DNA of 64,000 nucleotides from Nitrospirota bacterium. Its GTDB lineage: Bacteria; Nitrospirota; UBA9217. The translations under genes were made by a program, and so were the position numbers. Shown piece after piece: positions 28,975 through 39,394 of this stretch (positions within the stretch are counted from its first letter, which is position 1; each line of letters begins with the position of its first letter). Location: positions 384,001-448,000 of the forward strand of contig CAWJQQ010000009.1 in assembly GCA_963845065.1 (NCBI GenBank). The letters run 5' to 3'. The notes under the pieces were generated by a model. The model was not told the origin of the DNA and searched no databases. It was given only the letters and a program-made list of their open reading frames with translations.

Positions 28975-30817
28975 GTTTAACCTCTACCGGGATTAATGGA
29001 ATCCGTATCCCAATCATCGTGCCGCTGCCTGGCTGCGAATCGATCTTCATTTCCCCTCCGATCAGCAGCGCCCGCTCCTTCATCCCCAGTATGCCAAGGC
29101 CCCGGCGGTCCCTAGCATCGGATGTCTGATGAAATAGCTGACTGAGGTCGAAACCGGCTCCATTGTCATTAATTTCGGTATATATACTAGTTTTATCACA
29201 TTTGAAACGAACGGACACTTTTTCGGCACGGGAATGCCTCGCAATGTTTATGATGGCCTCCTGCACGATTCTGAATAGAACGTTTTCGACCTCCGGACGA
29301 AACCGCATGTTTTTGACTCCCACCGTGTTGATTGAATAGTCTATTCCTTTCTCCCCGAGGTTGGTCTCAAGGAGTGATTTTACCGCAGCAATGAGTCCCA
29401 GATCATCGAGCAGTGATGGCCTCAAGTTCTGCATAATAACGAGCAGCCCGTCATAGGCCTTCATGATGATGCCCCGAATGGCGTTGATCTTTGTCATGGT
29501 CATCTCGTCAGGGTGAAGGCGGCACATATCGATTTTCATAAGCACCGCTGACAGTTCCTGGAGCGTATCATCGTGAAGCTCGCGGGCAATCCGTTTACGT
29601 TCCTCCTCCTGGCTGGAGATGAGCTTTTTTAACAAGCTTTGGGCTCTTTGCTGACTCTCGTTGCAATCCCGTGTACGCTCTTTGACCCTTGTTTCGAGTT
29701 CAAGAGTGTGCCGCTTAACGACATCCATGGATTCGACGAGCTTTCCCCGCATCTCCTCGAAACTTTGACTTAGGACCCCAATCTCGTCGCTCCCTTGCCG
29801 TGCAATCGGTTTTGTCAGATCTCCCCGTGCGATGCGGTCTGCTCCCAGAATAAGGGCCTTCAATGGAGTCACGATGCTTCGGTTAATACCGATGGTCAGG
29901 ATCAACGCAGTACCGATGAATATGAAGCCGAGAATGATGAACTGCTTTTTGAGGTTTTCCGCCGGAGCAAAGACATCTGCTTTTAGCTCTTGTACGGATA
30001 TGCCCCATGGAGCGGTTTCGAGGGGGACGAATGCGACAACCGTTGTGGACTTCTCTTGCCGGTTTCCGGTTTCATGACAGACATGGCAAGTCGCTACCGT
30101 TTCTTTCCGTTCACTGATGATGGTGGTGAAAAAGCTATTGCGGTCACAGCGGGTGAACATCCGGGAGAGATTCGAAGAGGCGATTACCATCCCGTTGGAA
30201 TCTACAATATCGATAAATTCCTTTTTACCGATATCAATTAAACCCAATTTCTGCAAAAAGAGAGGATTGGTGGGGTCGATCTGTCCTCCTGCCACACCCA
30301 CCGTCTTTCCGTTTTTGTCCTTGAGCGGCACGAGTACATACAGGACCTTTTTCTTTGACGGCTCAATGGTATAAATGTTTGAAACCACTGGTTTCCCGAG
30401 GGCGAGCATCCTATTAACCGGCTCGATGTTGAGGATGTTCAGGGATACATCCCGCATCCGTTCGGGATAATTAAAAAGAATGTTTCCGCCGTTGTCCAGG
30501 AGGAATATGCCATCAGTGAAGATTGAATAGCGGTATGCTGCTTTTACAGCTTCCTTCTCAAGTCCGAAATTGCCATTTTCCAGATCAATTACGCCCGAGA
30601 CCGATATATCGTATAGCCGATTAATATTATCTTTTAAGATGTTGTCAACATTATTCCTCGTAAGGCGGGACAGGGCGAGTTTGTTGCTGAGCAGTACATC
30701 AATGTTCTTTTGGATGATAAAGTGGCTTGCTACACCTAAGCTCACCAAGATGATTGATATTCCGATGAGGATAAAGAGGGTTATTCTTTTCTGCAAGCTC
30801 CCCTTGTATTTGCTCAT
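28964..30817 (-). CDS. Cache-HAMP-HisKA_3 sensor kinase with a periplasmic CxxCH
   Basis: ERKRIARELHD H-box, QEAIINIARHS, DNGAGF; CHVCH lies between the two TM helices. Confidence 0.92.
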   Translation of the reverse strand: MSKYKGSLQKRITLFILIGISIILVSLGVASHFIIQKNIDVLLSNKLALSRLTRNNVDNILKDNINRLYDISVSGVIDLENGNFGLEKEAVKAAYRYSIFTDGIFLLDNGGNILFNYPERMRDVSLNILNIEPVNRMLALGKPVVSNIYTIEPSKKKVLYVLVPLKDKNGKTVGVAGGQIDPTNPLFLQKLGLIDIGKKEFIDIVDSNGMVIASSNLSRMFTRCDRNSFFTTIISERKETVATCHVCHETGNRQEKSTTVVAFVPLETAPWGISVQELKADVFAPAENLKKQFIILGFIFIGTALILTIGINRSIVTPLKALILGADRIARGDLTKPIARQGSDEIGVLSQSFEEMRGKLVESMDVVKRHTLELETRVKERTRDCNESQQRAQSLLKKLISSQEEERKRIARELHDDTLQELSAVLMKIDMCRLHPDEMTMTKINAIRGIIMKAYDGLLVIMQNLRPSLLDDLGLIAAVKSLLETNLGEKGIDYSINTVGVKNMRFRPEVENVLFRIVQEAIINIARHSRAEKVSVRFKCDKTSIYTEINDNGAGFDLSQLFHQTSDARDRRGLGILGMKERALLIGGEMKIDSQPGSGTMIGIRIPLIPVEVKHAS

Positions 30818-31110
30818 AGGGAAGATTATAACTCAAGAGCTCATAAAATGAAAGGAAAACGAACAGAATCTTCTTAGTGTCACGCTACTACTGCGCAAAA
30901 ACAAAACTTACGGAATTGAGCATCTTTCATAGTTCCGTAGATAAACCGTAATAGGCGCAGCGATATGAAGAGTGAGACAATACAAATGATTAATTCGCAG
31001 GTCGCATGCTCAGCTATATTGAATAACTAAGCGACGATGTTTTAACCAGTACATGTTCGTATTTGATAAAGGCTTAGTGTTCCACCCTCAAGATTTTATG
31101 ACTGTTTTTG

Positions 31111-31872
31111 TCACGGCAGGTGTTCCACGGTGCTCTTTCCCTGTGTCCGTAACTCTTCAGGAGGCACTGCGTCGTTCTCCCATGGTGTCTCTTCCATCTC
31201 AGCAAGTTCGTCGGGATGTTCACTAAGCATGCGCGTCTTCGATATGTAGCCAGTAAGCATGCTCGTATCCAAGGGAAAAACTTCCGGGCTGAAGATGGAA
31301 TTATAGATATGCCAGATGGCAATAATGAGGGTGACCACGAAAGCTTCATTCGTATGAAGGACCTTGGCTGCAGGGATGATTTCACCCGGTAGAAACACCG
31401 TGATGACTGCAGGAAACCAGAGGATCATGCCGGAAACCATCATCAAAAGAATGCCGGTGAGAATCCCCCAGTACTCGAACTTCTGTTTGTACGTATATCT
31501 TCCACCACCCGCGGGGGCGTTTTCCAGGCCGAGGTAATACCTGATATTGAACACCACGTCGGAAAAATCTTTTTTCGTGATGAGCATCGAGGGTTGCCAT
31601 CGTAAATAGATTATGCCGATTGCGATAATGGTAAGGTGCGTGATGATTTCCAGTGAGAAGAGTACGCCGGCAATGCGGTGAATGAGCCTGACGTTATCTA
31701 TCCCCCCCAGGTGCAGGATGATCCACTGAGAAACATCGAGTGAATAAAATCTCTGAGAAAACCCGGTGCAGACGAGTACGCTGAAGGTTAGTACGTGCAT
31801 CCAGTGCTCGATAATTCGAGAACGAGAAAATCTCTTAATTCGTTCTTCTTTTTTGGAGGCAGCGGTGTCCAT
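31111..31872 (-). CDS. Cytochrome b subunit (FdnI/CbcB-like)
   Basis: RIIEHW, IHR, KQKFEYWG, LHTNEA, IWHIYN. Confidence 0.88.
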   Translation of the reverse strand: MDTAASKKEERIKRFSRSRIIEHWMHVLTFSVLVCTGFSQRFYSLDVSQWIILHLGGIDNVRLIHRIAGVLFSLEIITHLTIIAIGIIYLRWQPSMLITKKDFSDVVFNIRYYLGLENAPAGGGRYTYKQKFEYWGILTGILLMMVSGMILWFPAVITVFLPGEIIPAAKVLHTNEAFVVTLIIAIWHIYNSIFSPEVFPLDTSMLTGYISKTRMLSEHPDELAEMEETPWENDAVPPEELRTQGKSTVEHLP

Positions 31873-31888
31873 TTCCCCCCCCTTCCCG

Positions 31889-33337
31889 TCACCGATCGAC
31901 AACATGGCGCCATATATTCAATAGTATTTGCAGGAGCAGTCCTACAACCAGGAACGGTATACAAATTTTATAAACCCAGTTTATGATAAAGACGAGCGGG
32001 GCCCGTGTGAGGCTCGGCTTGTAATGAGAGAGCCAGGAATCAGGGAAATTTTTTGGAGCTTGCGCATGGCACCTCTGGCACGTCTTTACCAAATTGGCCC
32101 TTACAATCGTCGCATCGGGGCCAACGGTGCTGCTGATATTATGGGTGCCGTGGCAGTCCGTGCAAACGGCCATGGGCTTGGTCGGTCTGTTCAGCCCATC
32201 TTTCTGCATCCGGTAGAACTCGAGTGTTATGCCATGAAAATCCTCGAGATAGTTGTCCACGACATCGACCGAAAGGCCGTACTTCCCGACAATCGCCTTA
32301 TTAGCGTGGCAGTTGCTGCACATTTGGGGGATCCGTTCTCGGTAATCCATTGTGCGTGGATCTTGTATCGTGTGTGCCGTATGGCAGTCAATGCACATCG
32401 GCACATCCTGATTGTTCTCATTGAAAAGCGCGTTTCCATGGACGCTTTTTGCATAGATGTCATAAATCTCAGCATGGCAACGCTGGCACCTCTTGGCAAT
32501 CAGCACCCGTACAATGCCAGTATGCGATATGTCGTGGGAGCCGTGACAGTCGATACATACCGGTGCTGCGAGGTCTCCTTGACTGAGCATCACATAATGA
32601 ATGCTTTCCATCGTTTTGGTATATTTGTCGAAATGACACCGCCTGCAATTTTCTGAGGATGCCAGTGTATAATCCCGCAGCGACGCAAAATTTCTTTTTG
32701 GATGCCTTTCGGACGAAAAACCATAATGGCAGTCGGAACACAAAATATTGTTATGTACTGATTCCTGCATCGAAGCTATGTTTACGGTCCCTGAGAGAGA
32801 CTCGCCGTTTCGAAACATTATTTTCACTGCGTACCCGTGGCATTTCAGGCAGTACACCTCCTCGTCTGAATATGCTCCCAGGCTTGTTACACGGCTGATG
32901 GCATGAGAGCCGTGACAGTTCGTACAGACCGCCGGGATGCCCGTTTTCTCCGCTTTGAGGAGAGTGGCATGAATACTGTTTGCTTTGATCTGGTTATCAG
33001 AATGGCATCGCCTGCACACGAGTGCGGATCTTGTCTGAAACACCGTCTTGCTCCGAAATATCTTATGCGGGTGTTTTTCCGCTGTAAAATCGGGATGACA
33101 TTGCGAACAAGTAAAAGAATGGTGGACGGAGGTCTTGAACTTCTCAGCGTTTACGTAGGCCTCGACGAATTCTTTATTTTCGAATGTCAGCATGAGCCCG
33201 TGCTGCGCATGACACGATAAGCAGGACTGCTCTTCATTAGAAAGGTCCGTGCTTTCAGCTCCAGTGCGACTGGCTATCGTCAGGCTCAAAGGGAGAAAAA
33301 GCATTAAAAATATGATTATATACTTTTTTTTCTCCAT
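31889..33337 (-). CDS. 13-heme cytochrome c with C-terminal membrane anchor
   Basis: Signal peptide, 13 CxxCH motifs counted, C-terminal TM segment. Confidence 0.92.
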   Translation of the reverse strand: MEKKKYIIIFLMLFLPLSLTIASRTGAESTDLSNEEQSCLSCHAQHGLMLTFENKEFVEAYVNAEKFKTSVHHSFTCSQCHPDFTAEKHPHKIFRSKTVFQTRSALVCRRCHSDNQIKANSIHATLLKAEKTGIPAVCTNCHGSHAISRVTSLGAYSDEEVYCLKCHGYAVKIMFRNGESLSGTVNIASMQESVHNNILCSDCHYGFSSERHPKRNFASLRDYTLASSENCRRCHFDKYTKTMESIHYVMLSQGDLAAPVCIDCHGSHDISHTGIVRVLIAKRCQRCHAEIYDIYAKSVHGNALFNENNQDVPMCIDCHTAHTIQDPRTMDYRERIPQMCSNCHANKAIVGKYGLSVDVVDNYLEDFHGITLEFYRMQKDGLNRPTKPMAVCTDCHGTHNISSTVGPDATIVRANLVKTCQRCHAQAPKNFPDSWLSHYKPSLTRAPLVFIINWVYKICIPFLVVGLLLQILLNIWRHVVDR

Positions 33338-33507
33338 GGATACCCCCGTCTGCGGTGTTTCGTCGTCTCTAGAACATGTACAACCAGGGAGACACTGGAG
33401 GCCAAGAGAATGTATCATAACAGTCCATGATGTGATGTATTGCTTTTAATTTTTCCGCTTGACTGTCATTCTCTGTGCCCCCCGATCTCATTTTTTCCGT
33501 CAATGAG

Positions 33508-34761
33508 CTACTGAGTGTCCCTGTAATCCAGATCCGCGTGAAGTATGGGCATCCGGTTCAAGATCCATCGGAAAATAAGGATTTCAAGCGTTACAATTGT
33601 TATGGCGATGCCGATTTCATGCCACGGCGGTATGATATGATGGAAATGCTCCGGAAGTTGCCAGTTCAATGTTATGATCGAGACATTGAGCCTATTCAAG
33701 AGAACCCCGATGATAGCATAGATGGCAGCAAACCGGACCACACCCACGTTCTGTTTTTTAACTCCGTATGTGAACAGGAGCGCGGGGGCTAGGACAAACC
33801 CCAAGGTCTCTACGAGGAACCAATACCCATAGGGCGTGGCGAGGTAGTGCCAATTATTATCGTTGGCAATGCCGAGGATCTTGAAGACGAAATACACATA
33901 CATTCCCACGGCGGCGCCTTGTCCCAAGCCCAGCGTCAACTCGGGAAGGTTCTCAAGGAACTCGCTGTCACACCGTTTCCTTAAATAACGGGCCGCGAGG
34001 GTACTGATGAAGATGACCATCACAAGGGCCGCGTAGATACTCGAGGTGAGGAAAAACACCGGTATGTAGGAGCTGAACCACAGCGGATGCAGTTTCCCCG
34101 GCACAAGCAGATACATTGCGCCGAGTGCTGATTGGTGAAGTGTCGAGAGGACGATCCCGGAGATCGTCATGCCGATCGTGAGCAGCACAGCCCATCTGCG
34201 CACTCGCTGGGACTTGAGCCACTCCAATATGGCAGGGCTGAATTCGACGAACTGGACCGTCAGGTACAAGGCTACATGCCATGCCACCAAGAACAAAACC
34301 GATTGTGTGCCGAACCCGATGATCATCGGATAGTAGATCCTCCAGGGCCTGCCCAGATCAACGAGCAGAAAGATCACTGCAAAGAGGTAACCCAGGAAAC
34401 CGGTCAGGACCGCCAGCCTCAACAGAGAGTGGTATCTCTTAAACCCGAAGATGTAATACGCCGTAGCCATAACAAAACCTGTCGCCGAAAGCGGCACACC
34501 ACCGAAGAGCCCCCAGCCGAGATACAGGCCCCAAGGGTATTCGTTTGAGGCGTGAGTGGCGAAATAGAGGCCATAATAAAACCGGAGCACCAACAAGGGC
34601 AGTCCAACGATCAGGATTATCGCTACAACGATATTGAACGGCGTTACCAGGCTTTGGATGTAGTCTGGCCATGTCATGCCTATCAACAATTTGTTCATGA
34701 ACCAGGAGCGGAAATTTTGCGGCTTTGCCTCTGACGTTTTTATCGCGATCTCCTTATTCAT
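33508..34761 (-). CDS. NrfD/PsrC-family membrane subunit (HybB/HmcC-like)
   Basis: YPWGL, DLGRPWR, LSTLHQSALG, LHPLW, LNRLNV; about 10 TM segments. Confidence 0.92.
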   Translation of the reverse strand: MNKEIAIKTSEAKPQNFRSWFMNKLLIGMTWPDYIQSLVTPFNIVVAIILIVGLPLLVLRFYYGLYFATHASNEYPWGLYLGWGLFGGVPLSATGFVMATAYYIFGFKRYHSLLRLAVLTGFLGYLFAVIFLLVDLGRPWRIYYPMIIGFGTQSVLFLVAWHVALYLTVQFVEFSPAILEWLKSQRVRRWAVLLTIGMTISGIVLSTLHQSALGAMYLLVPGKLHPLWFSSYIPVFFLTSSIYAALVMVIFISTLAARYLRKRCDSEFLENLPELTLGLGQGAAVGMYVYFVFKILGIANDNNWHYLATPYGYWFLVETLGFVLAPALLFTYGVKKQNVGVVRFAAIYAIIGVLLNRLNVSIITLNWQLPEHFHHIIPPWHEIGIAITIVTLEILIFRWILNRMPILHADLDYRDTQ

Positions 34762-35756
34762 TTTTCAACCTCCTCGTGTTTCTTTCCTTCCTTCTTTTCC
34801 TCGTCGAGCGCATCCCTATGCCGCGACGCCGCGTATATCGTGCCGAAAAGGGCAGGCCATGCCGTTAATACTAAGGGGACCATAGCAAGGTATCCTTTCG
34901 TCTCTTCGATGAGCGGTTCATTGGGAAGGTCAGTAGGCAAGCCGACCTGATCGAAGGGGACAGCCGAAATATACATCCAGTTCGTTCCCCCGACTTCTTT
35001 CTCACCATAAATATGATCTATATACTTGCCGGGATTATCCGTAATTCTCTTTCTGGCGATTTTCAGCAATTCTTCGCGCTTGCCGAAGGTGAGCGCTCCC
35101 GTTGGGCAGGCCTCCGCGCATCCTGGTATCTTGCCCTCTTGAATCCGGGGTAAGCACATTGTGCATTTCTGGATCCGTGGTTCCAGTGCGCTCCAGTAAT
35201 CGTAAGCAGGAATGTAAAAAGGGCAGGCTGTCATACAATAACGGCATCCGAAACACAGGTCCGGATTATACTTTACGGCACCCTCCGGCGTTTTTGAATA
35301 AGCATGAATCGGGCAGGACGTCAGACATGCCGGTTCCTTGCAATGGTTACACTGGATTTTTCGGAAGATCGGCTTGCTTTTGTCTTGGGGGTTCTCGTAG
35401 CGGTTCACCACCGTGTATGCTTTTTGAGTGGGATTCCTGGATTCGAGGAACACAGAGCTGTCATCAAAAGGTTTGTCCGGTCCCGGCAGCTTGTTCACTT
35501 CATTACAAGCTTTTTCGCAACTGCGGCACCCAACACAAGCAGTTAAATCGGTTAAGACTCCGAAGCTGTTGGGGTACCCTTCAAACTCCTTAGATGCAAA
35601 GGCCTTACTGGTTTTTCCGAGCAGGATGGTGCCACTGATTGCGCCGACTGTCCCCAAAAAGACCCGCCTGTTCATATTATTCAAGCCGGCACCGCTTTCT
35701 TTTTCCGTTTTATCGTCTGCGGTTCCATCTTTTGGAATTTTAGGTTCGTTAGACAT
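34758..35756 (-). CDS. Tat-exported 4Fe-4S protein (HybA/HmcB-like)
   Basis: NRRVFL Tat motif, four Cys clusters, HIYGEKEVGGT, C-terminal TM segment. Confidence 0.92.
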   Translation of the reverse strand: MSNEPKIPKDGTADDKTEKESGAGLNNMNRRVFLGTVGAISGTILLGKTSKAFASKEFEGYPNSFGVLTDLTACVGCRSCEKACNEVNKLPGPDKPFDDSSVFLESRNPTQKAYTVVNRYENPQDKSKPIFRKIQCNHCKEPACLTSCPIHAYSKTPEGAVKYNPDLCFGCRYCMTACPFYIPAYDYWSALEPRIQKCTMCLPRIQEGKIPGCAEACPTGALTFGKREELLKIARKRITDNPGKYIDHIYGEKEVGGTNWMYISAVPFDQVGLPTDLPNEPLIEETKGYLAMVPLVLTAWPALFGTIYAASRHRDALDEEKKEGKKHEEVEK

Positions 35757-35838
35757 TTGAAGCCTCCCGTTTGTATGATGTGTTCCTCTCTCAAATAATC
35801 TGATTACGAGACTATTGGCGCACATTCATACCTACTGT

Positions 35839-36294
35839 TCACACTTTTTTGGCATGACACACTTCGGTGCACCCTTTTGGATCCACACCTATATCTCCCA
35901 TCCCTCGATGACATCCGAAACACTTTTTATGGTATGCGACCTTCAGCCCCGGCATTGCCGGATTTTCACGATCAAAGGCATTGTGGCAATTGGAACAAGG
36001 CATAAAGTTTTGCACAACTGATTTCTTGAAATCTGCAGAACTTAGCCCGTGACAATCCTTGCACAACGATGCATTGCCGTTCGCATGATGATGGCAGGTT
36101 GCGCAGTTGTCTGCGATCGTGACATGTTTCGGGTGATCGAACGTTACGGGTGCATATTTTTCGGACAGGCTCCCTAGTGTACGAACTCCCGGAAGCTGCG
36201 CTGCCGGGGATGCAGGTGCATCCCCGGCATAGAGGTATGCAGCGAACATGATGAACAGAATCAATCCCAGGACGATACTTACTTTCTTTTTCAT
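35839..36294 (-). CDS. Class III (c3-type) cytochrome, 4 CxxCH plus 1 CxxxCH
   Basis: VTFDHPKH, CATCHH, CKDCH, CSNCH, AYHKKCFGCH, CTEVCH. Confidence 0.9.
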   Translation of the reverse strand: MKKKVSIVLGLILFIMFAAYLYAGDAPASPAAQLPGVRTLGSLSEKYAPVTFDHPKHVTIADNCATCHHHANGNASLCKDCHGLSSADFKKSVVQNFMPCSNCHNAFDRENPAMPGLKVAYHKKCFGCHRGMGDIGVDPKGCTEVCHAKKV

Positions 36295-36329
36295 TGTGCC
36301 CTCCGTTCATGCGTTCATGGTATGGAAGT

Positions 36330-36752
36330 CTATTTCATCTCGTCCTTTTGAGTTTTGGCGGTTGCTTTTCCCTTCTTTTTCTTCCCCGCTAAATACGCCT
36401 CCATGGGCCTCCATTGGAAGCTTGCGCTCTTCCCCGCGACGCTTGCCACGCCCTTCATGGCAAGATTGAATGCGGCGACTGCCAGCGCTGCAAAGAATCC
36501 AAACGGCAGCATGATAATGTACGCCAAACCGATGAACGGTGCGGCAGCTATCTTGCCGACGGCCTTCAGGATGGCCTTGAACCCTCCCGCCTGTTCGATA
36601 TAGCTGAGGTCGTCTTTACCGGTGTTGACCACGGTCCTGAAAGGCTTGGGCTTCAAGACCTCCCAGAAAATGAGGAACACACCGATAGCAAGAATTGAAA
36701 AAATATATTCTACGCCTTTGATGTGGGTGATGAAATCTACAAGAGTATACAT
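36330..36752 (-). CDS. Small membrane protein, type B copy 1 (HmcD-like N-terminus)
   Basis: MYTLVDFITHIKGVEYI; GGAGG RBS; paralog at 37353-37733. Confidence 0.8.
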   Translation of the reverse strand: MYTLVDFITHIKGVEYIFSILAIGVFLIFWEVLKPKPFRTVVNTGKDDLSYIEQAGGFKAILKAVGKIAAAPFIGLAYIIMLPFGFFAALAVAAFNLAMKGVASVAGKSASFQWRPMEAYLAGKKKKGKATAKTQKDEMK

Positions 36753-36837
36753 AGGATTGCCTCCTCTCATTGTATTATGTTATTGTCTTCCCGTTGTTAC
36801 CGCTATTAATTGGTCCCTACCTTTCGCGACGAAACGG

Positions 36838-37179
36838 CTATTTTGTACCCTGTTTCTTTTTTTTCTTACCCGTAAGATAGGCGATCGTCGGCCTCCATCC
36901 GAAGGAGATCGTTTTTGCCGCCATGTTGTAAAGACCTGCAAAAACCTTACGCCCTGCCAAGGTTACAAGAGTTGCTACACCGATAAACGGCATGAGTATT
37001 GCGTAAAGAAGTCCGATGATCGGCCCTAACAACAGCATGGCACCTACCGGCATTCTGACATAATTAGATGACTCGTCGCCTGGAAGTATGCCTTCATGAG
37101 CGATATCTACACGATGTCCTTTGCGTAAATCCCAGTATGTACCTTTGCCCACCTTACGCCCACCTTTGTTGGTAAACAT
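36838..37179 (-). CDS. Small membrane protein, type A copy 1
   Basis: KGG..VGKGTYWDL; paralog at 37849-38187. Confidence 0.8.
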   Translation of the reverse strand: MFTNKGGRKVGKGTYWDLRKGHRVDIAHEGILPGDESSNYVRMPVGAMLLLGPIIGLLYAILMPFIGVATLVTLAGRKVFAGLYNMAAKTISFGWRPTIAYLTGKKKKKQGTK

Positions 37180-37352
37180 ATTATTCACCCCCTTTTTCCC
37201 TCTTTTGTTCGGTTATCATGGTTTCGACTTTACTTTATCAAATATCCGAAACAAATAGGATAGTAAGAAGTTCTAATTGTACCGTTATTTTTACTAAGCA
37301 TAAAGTATTATAACATACATCTTACAAATATTGCTTTGCATCCCCCCATTTT

Positions 37353-37733
37353 CTATTTATTTTTTTTGCCGGTAAAGTACGCCTCCATGGGTCTCCAATT
37401 AAAAGACATACTCTTTCCTAAAATGCCGCTTACGCCCTTTAACATCAAATTAGTCCCACCGATTACGATCGCTGCTGCAAATGCTATGGGCATAACCACA
37501 ATGTAGGTCAGGCCGATGAAGGGGGCCGACGCTATCTTGCCAATGCTCCTCATGACCTCTCCATACCCTTTTTGATGTATATATTCAAGATCTTCCTTCC
37601 CGGTGTTGACCAAGGTCCTGAAAGGCCTGGGTTTCAAAACCTCCCAGAAAATGAGAAATGCACCTATAGCAAGAAGGGACAGAATATATTCTACGCCTTT
37701 GATGTCGGTGATGAAATCTACCAGTGTATACAT
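37353..37733 (-). CDS. Small membrane protein, type B copy 2 (HmcD-like N-terminus)
   Basis: MYTLVDFITDIKGVEYI; AAGGAG RBS. Confidence 0.8.
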   Translation of the reverse strand: MYTLVDFITDIKGVEYILSLLAIGAFLIFWEVLKPRPFRTLVNTGKEDLEYIHQKGYGEVMRSIGKIASAPFIGLTYIVVMPIAFAAAIVIGGTNLMLKGVSGILGKSMSFNWRPMEAYFTGKKNK

Positions 37734-37848
37734 AATAATGTCTCCTTTCTTTGCTTGGGGTTGAATGTACCACAAGCTCATGATTTCTAAAGGGAATAAA
37801 TGTAAAGAAGAAAGGGCACCCTTGCTAGGCGCCGTCCATCCGGGAAGA

Positions 37849-38187
37849 CTATTTTGTTTCACTCTTTTTCTTTTTCCCGGACAGGTATGCGTTCACAGGC
37901 CGCCAGCCAAAAGAGATGCTCTTTGCCGCCACAGAGTATAAACCGTCAATAAAGCTGCGACCTCCAAGAACTGCAACTATTGCAATTCCCATGAACGGCA
38001 TCAGTACGGCGTAAAGCAGTCCTATGACAGGACCCAAAGCCAACATAACAGCCGACGACATCTTGATGTATGTTGCATCTCCTGTTCCTGCGAGTACTGC
38101 GTCATTGAACACGTCAACCCTCCGACCGCTAACTAAATCCCAGTATGTACCCTTTCCTACCGCGTGCCCTCCTTTGTAGGTAAGCAT
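37849..38187 (-). CDS. Small membrane protein, type A copy 2
   Basis: YKGGHAVGKGTYWDL; GGAGGTG RBS. Confidence 0.8.
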   Translation of the reverse strand: MLTYKGGHAVGKGTYWDLVSGRRVDVFNDAVLAGTGDATYIKMSSAVMLALGPVIGLLYAVLMPFMGIAIVAVLGGRSFIDGLYSVAAKSISFGWRPVNAYLSGKKKKSETK

Positions 38188-38839
38188 AATGCTCACCTCC
38201 CTTCATTGATTTACTTTATGTATACCAAGGATTACTTTTGTTGTAAATTGGACCAAGTTCGTATTCTCGTAGGATAATTGTCTTAATCGCGAGAGAATAA
38301 TAGCCAACAACTCATCGCTGTCCAAAATAAGCTTTAAATGCCTATGTTTAACGAGATAAGTCGTTGATTTATAAAGATAACGAAATTTTGATTGAAAACA
38401 GGCTCCGAATCAGCTCTATATGCTGTCCAACATGCGAGAATCCGTAGGTGTCTACGGTTGTTTTCCGACAGAAGCCGTTTGCAGTGCCGCTTTTATTATA
38501 TTGTGGAATGCTCGCGGTTTGAGATCTGCTCCCCATAGCATAAAGATGCGTTCCAAGATAAAATCTATTTTGTACAAGGGTGCCAACAGATTATAAAAAA
38601 CAAAATTGCATCATGCAAACGGCGGGAAGGGGATGCGTTTTCCGAGGTAGGACGAGAAATGATTTCGACAAGCAAAAGACGATGATCTGCTCATCATGTC
38701 ATGGCCAATATAACGACGAAGAACGCGCAGCTACGCGATAATTGATTCTCCTGCTTTAGAGTAGCGGCCTAGTTGGGGGGGCGAGAATATTGCTGCAGGG
38801 CGAATGGGGCGCAGAGAAGAAGTTTGCGCGAAATTGAAA

Positions 38840-39394
38840 TTAATGAAGCATACTTTCGGCGATCCTGATCAGCTCAAAGGGAAGGGATTTCATGGTAAGC
38901 GTGATCCAATATTTATTCTCAACCCAGGAGAGTCTGCTGCAGGGCTCATCTTTTTTGCAGATGCCAACCTCGAGGAGCGCATTCCTGGATTTTAACTGAT
39001 AGGGGACAGCTTCTTTGATTTGAGCGAATTTTATGATCTCATTTCCGGAAAAGGAGGCAGAAGCGGCTTGCGTTACAACGAGCGCAACGTCATGCATACC
39101 CGCCTGATTGAATACCATGAGTACCGCATAATACGGTTTGGCCTGTGCCAATATTTCAGAAGGCGGCCAGGTTATGCTTTGGGGGAAATATGATGGAACG
39201 TACAGGTCGTTGATATTCAATTTCGACTGCACTTCTTGAATGCTGTCGTACTTTCTCATCGTATCCTGCTGCATCACCAAAGGCAGCCAGTTCAAAGCCA
39301 TTAAAACGACGACCATTATCGCAATAGCCAGCAGAAATATTAGGAAACCATGCGCTGTGGTTCGCACTGTATTCGCCTCCTGTTCATACGACAA
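38840..39394 (-). CDS. Hypothetical membrane-anchored protein
   Basis: N-terminal TM segment, YVPSYFP; overlaps the upstream peptidase gene. Confidence 0.7.
   Translation of the reverse strand: MSYEQEANTVRTTAHGFLIFLLAIAIMVVVLMALNWLPLVMQQDTMRKYDSIQEVQSKLNINDLYVPSYFPQSITWPPSEILAQAKPYYAVLMVFNQAGMHDVALVVTQAASASFSGNEIIKFAQIKEAVPYQLKSRNALLEVGICKKDEPCSRLSWVENKYWITLTMKSLPFELIRIAESMLH

Noticed and set aside
37229..38265. Shared ATAAAGTAAA and GAACTT motifs upstream of both type A genes as regulator boxes
   Set aside because: Spacing differs between copies and the palindromes are weak; may simply reflect the duplication.
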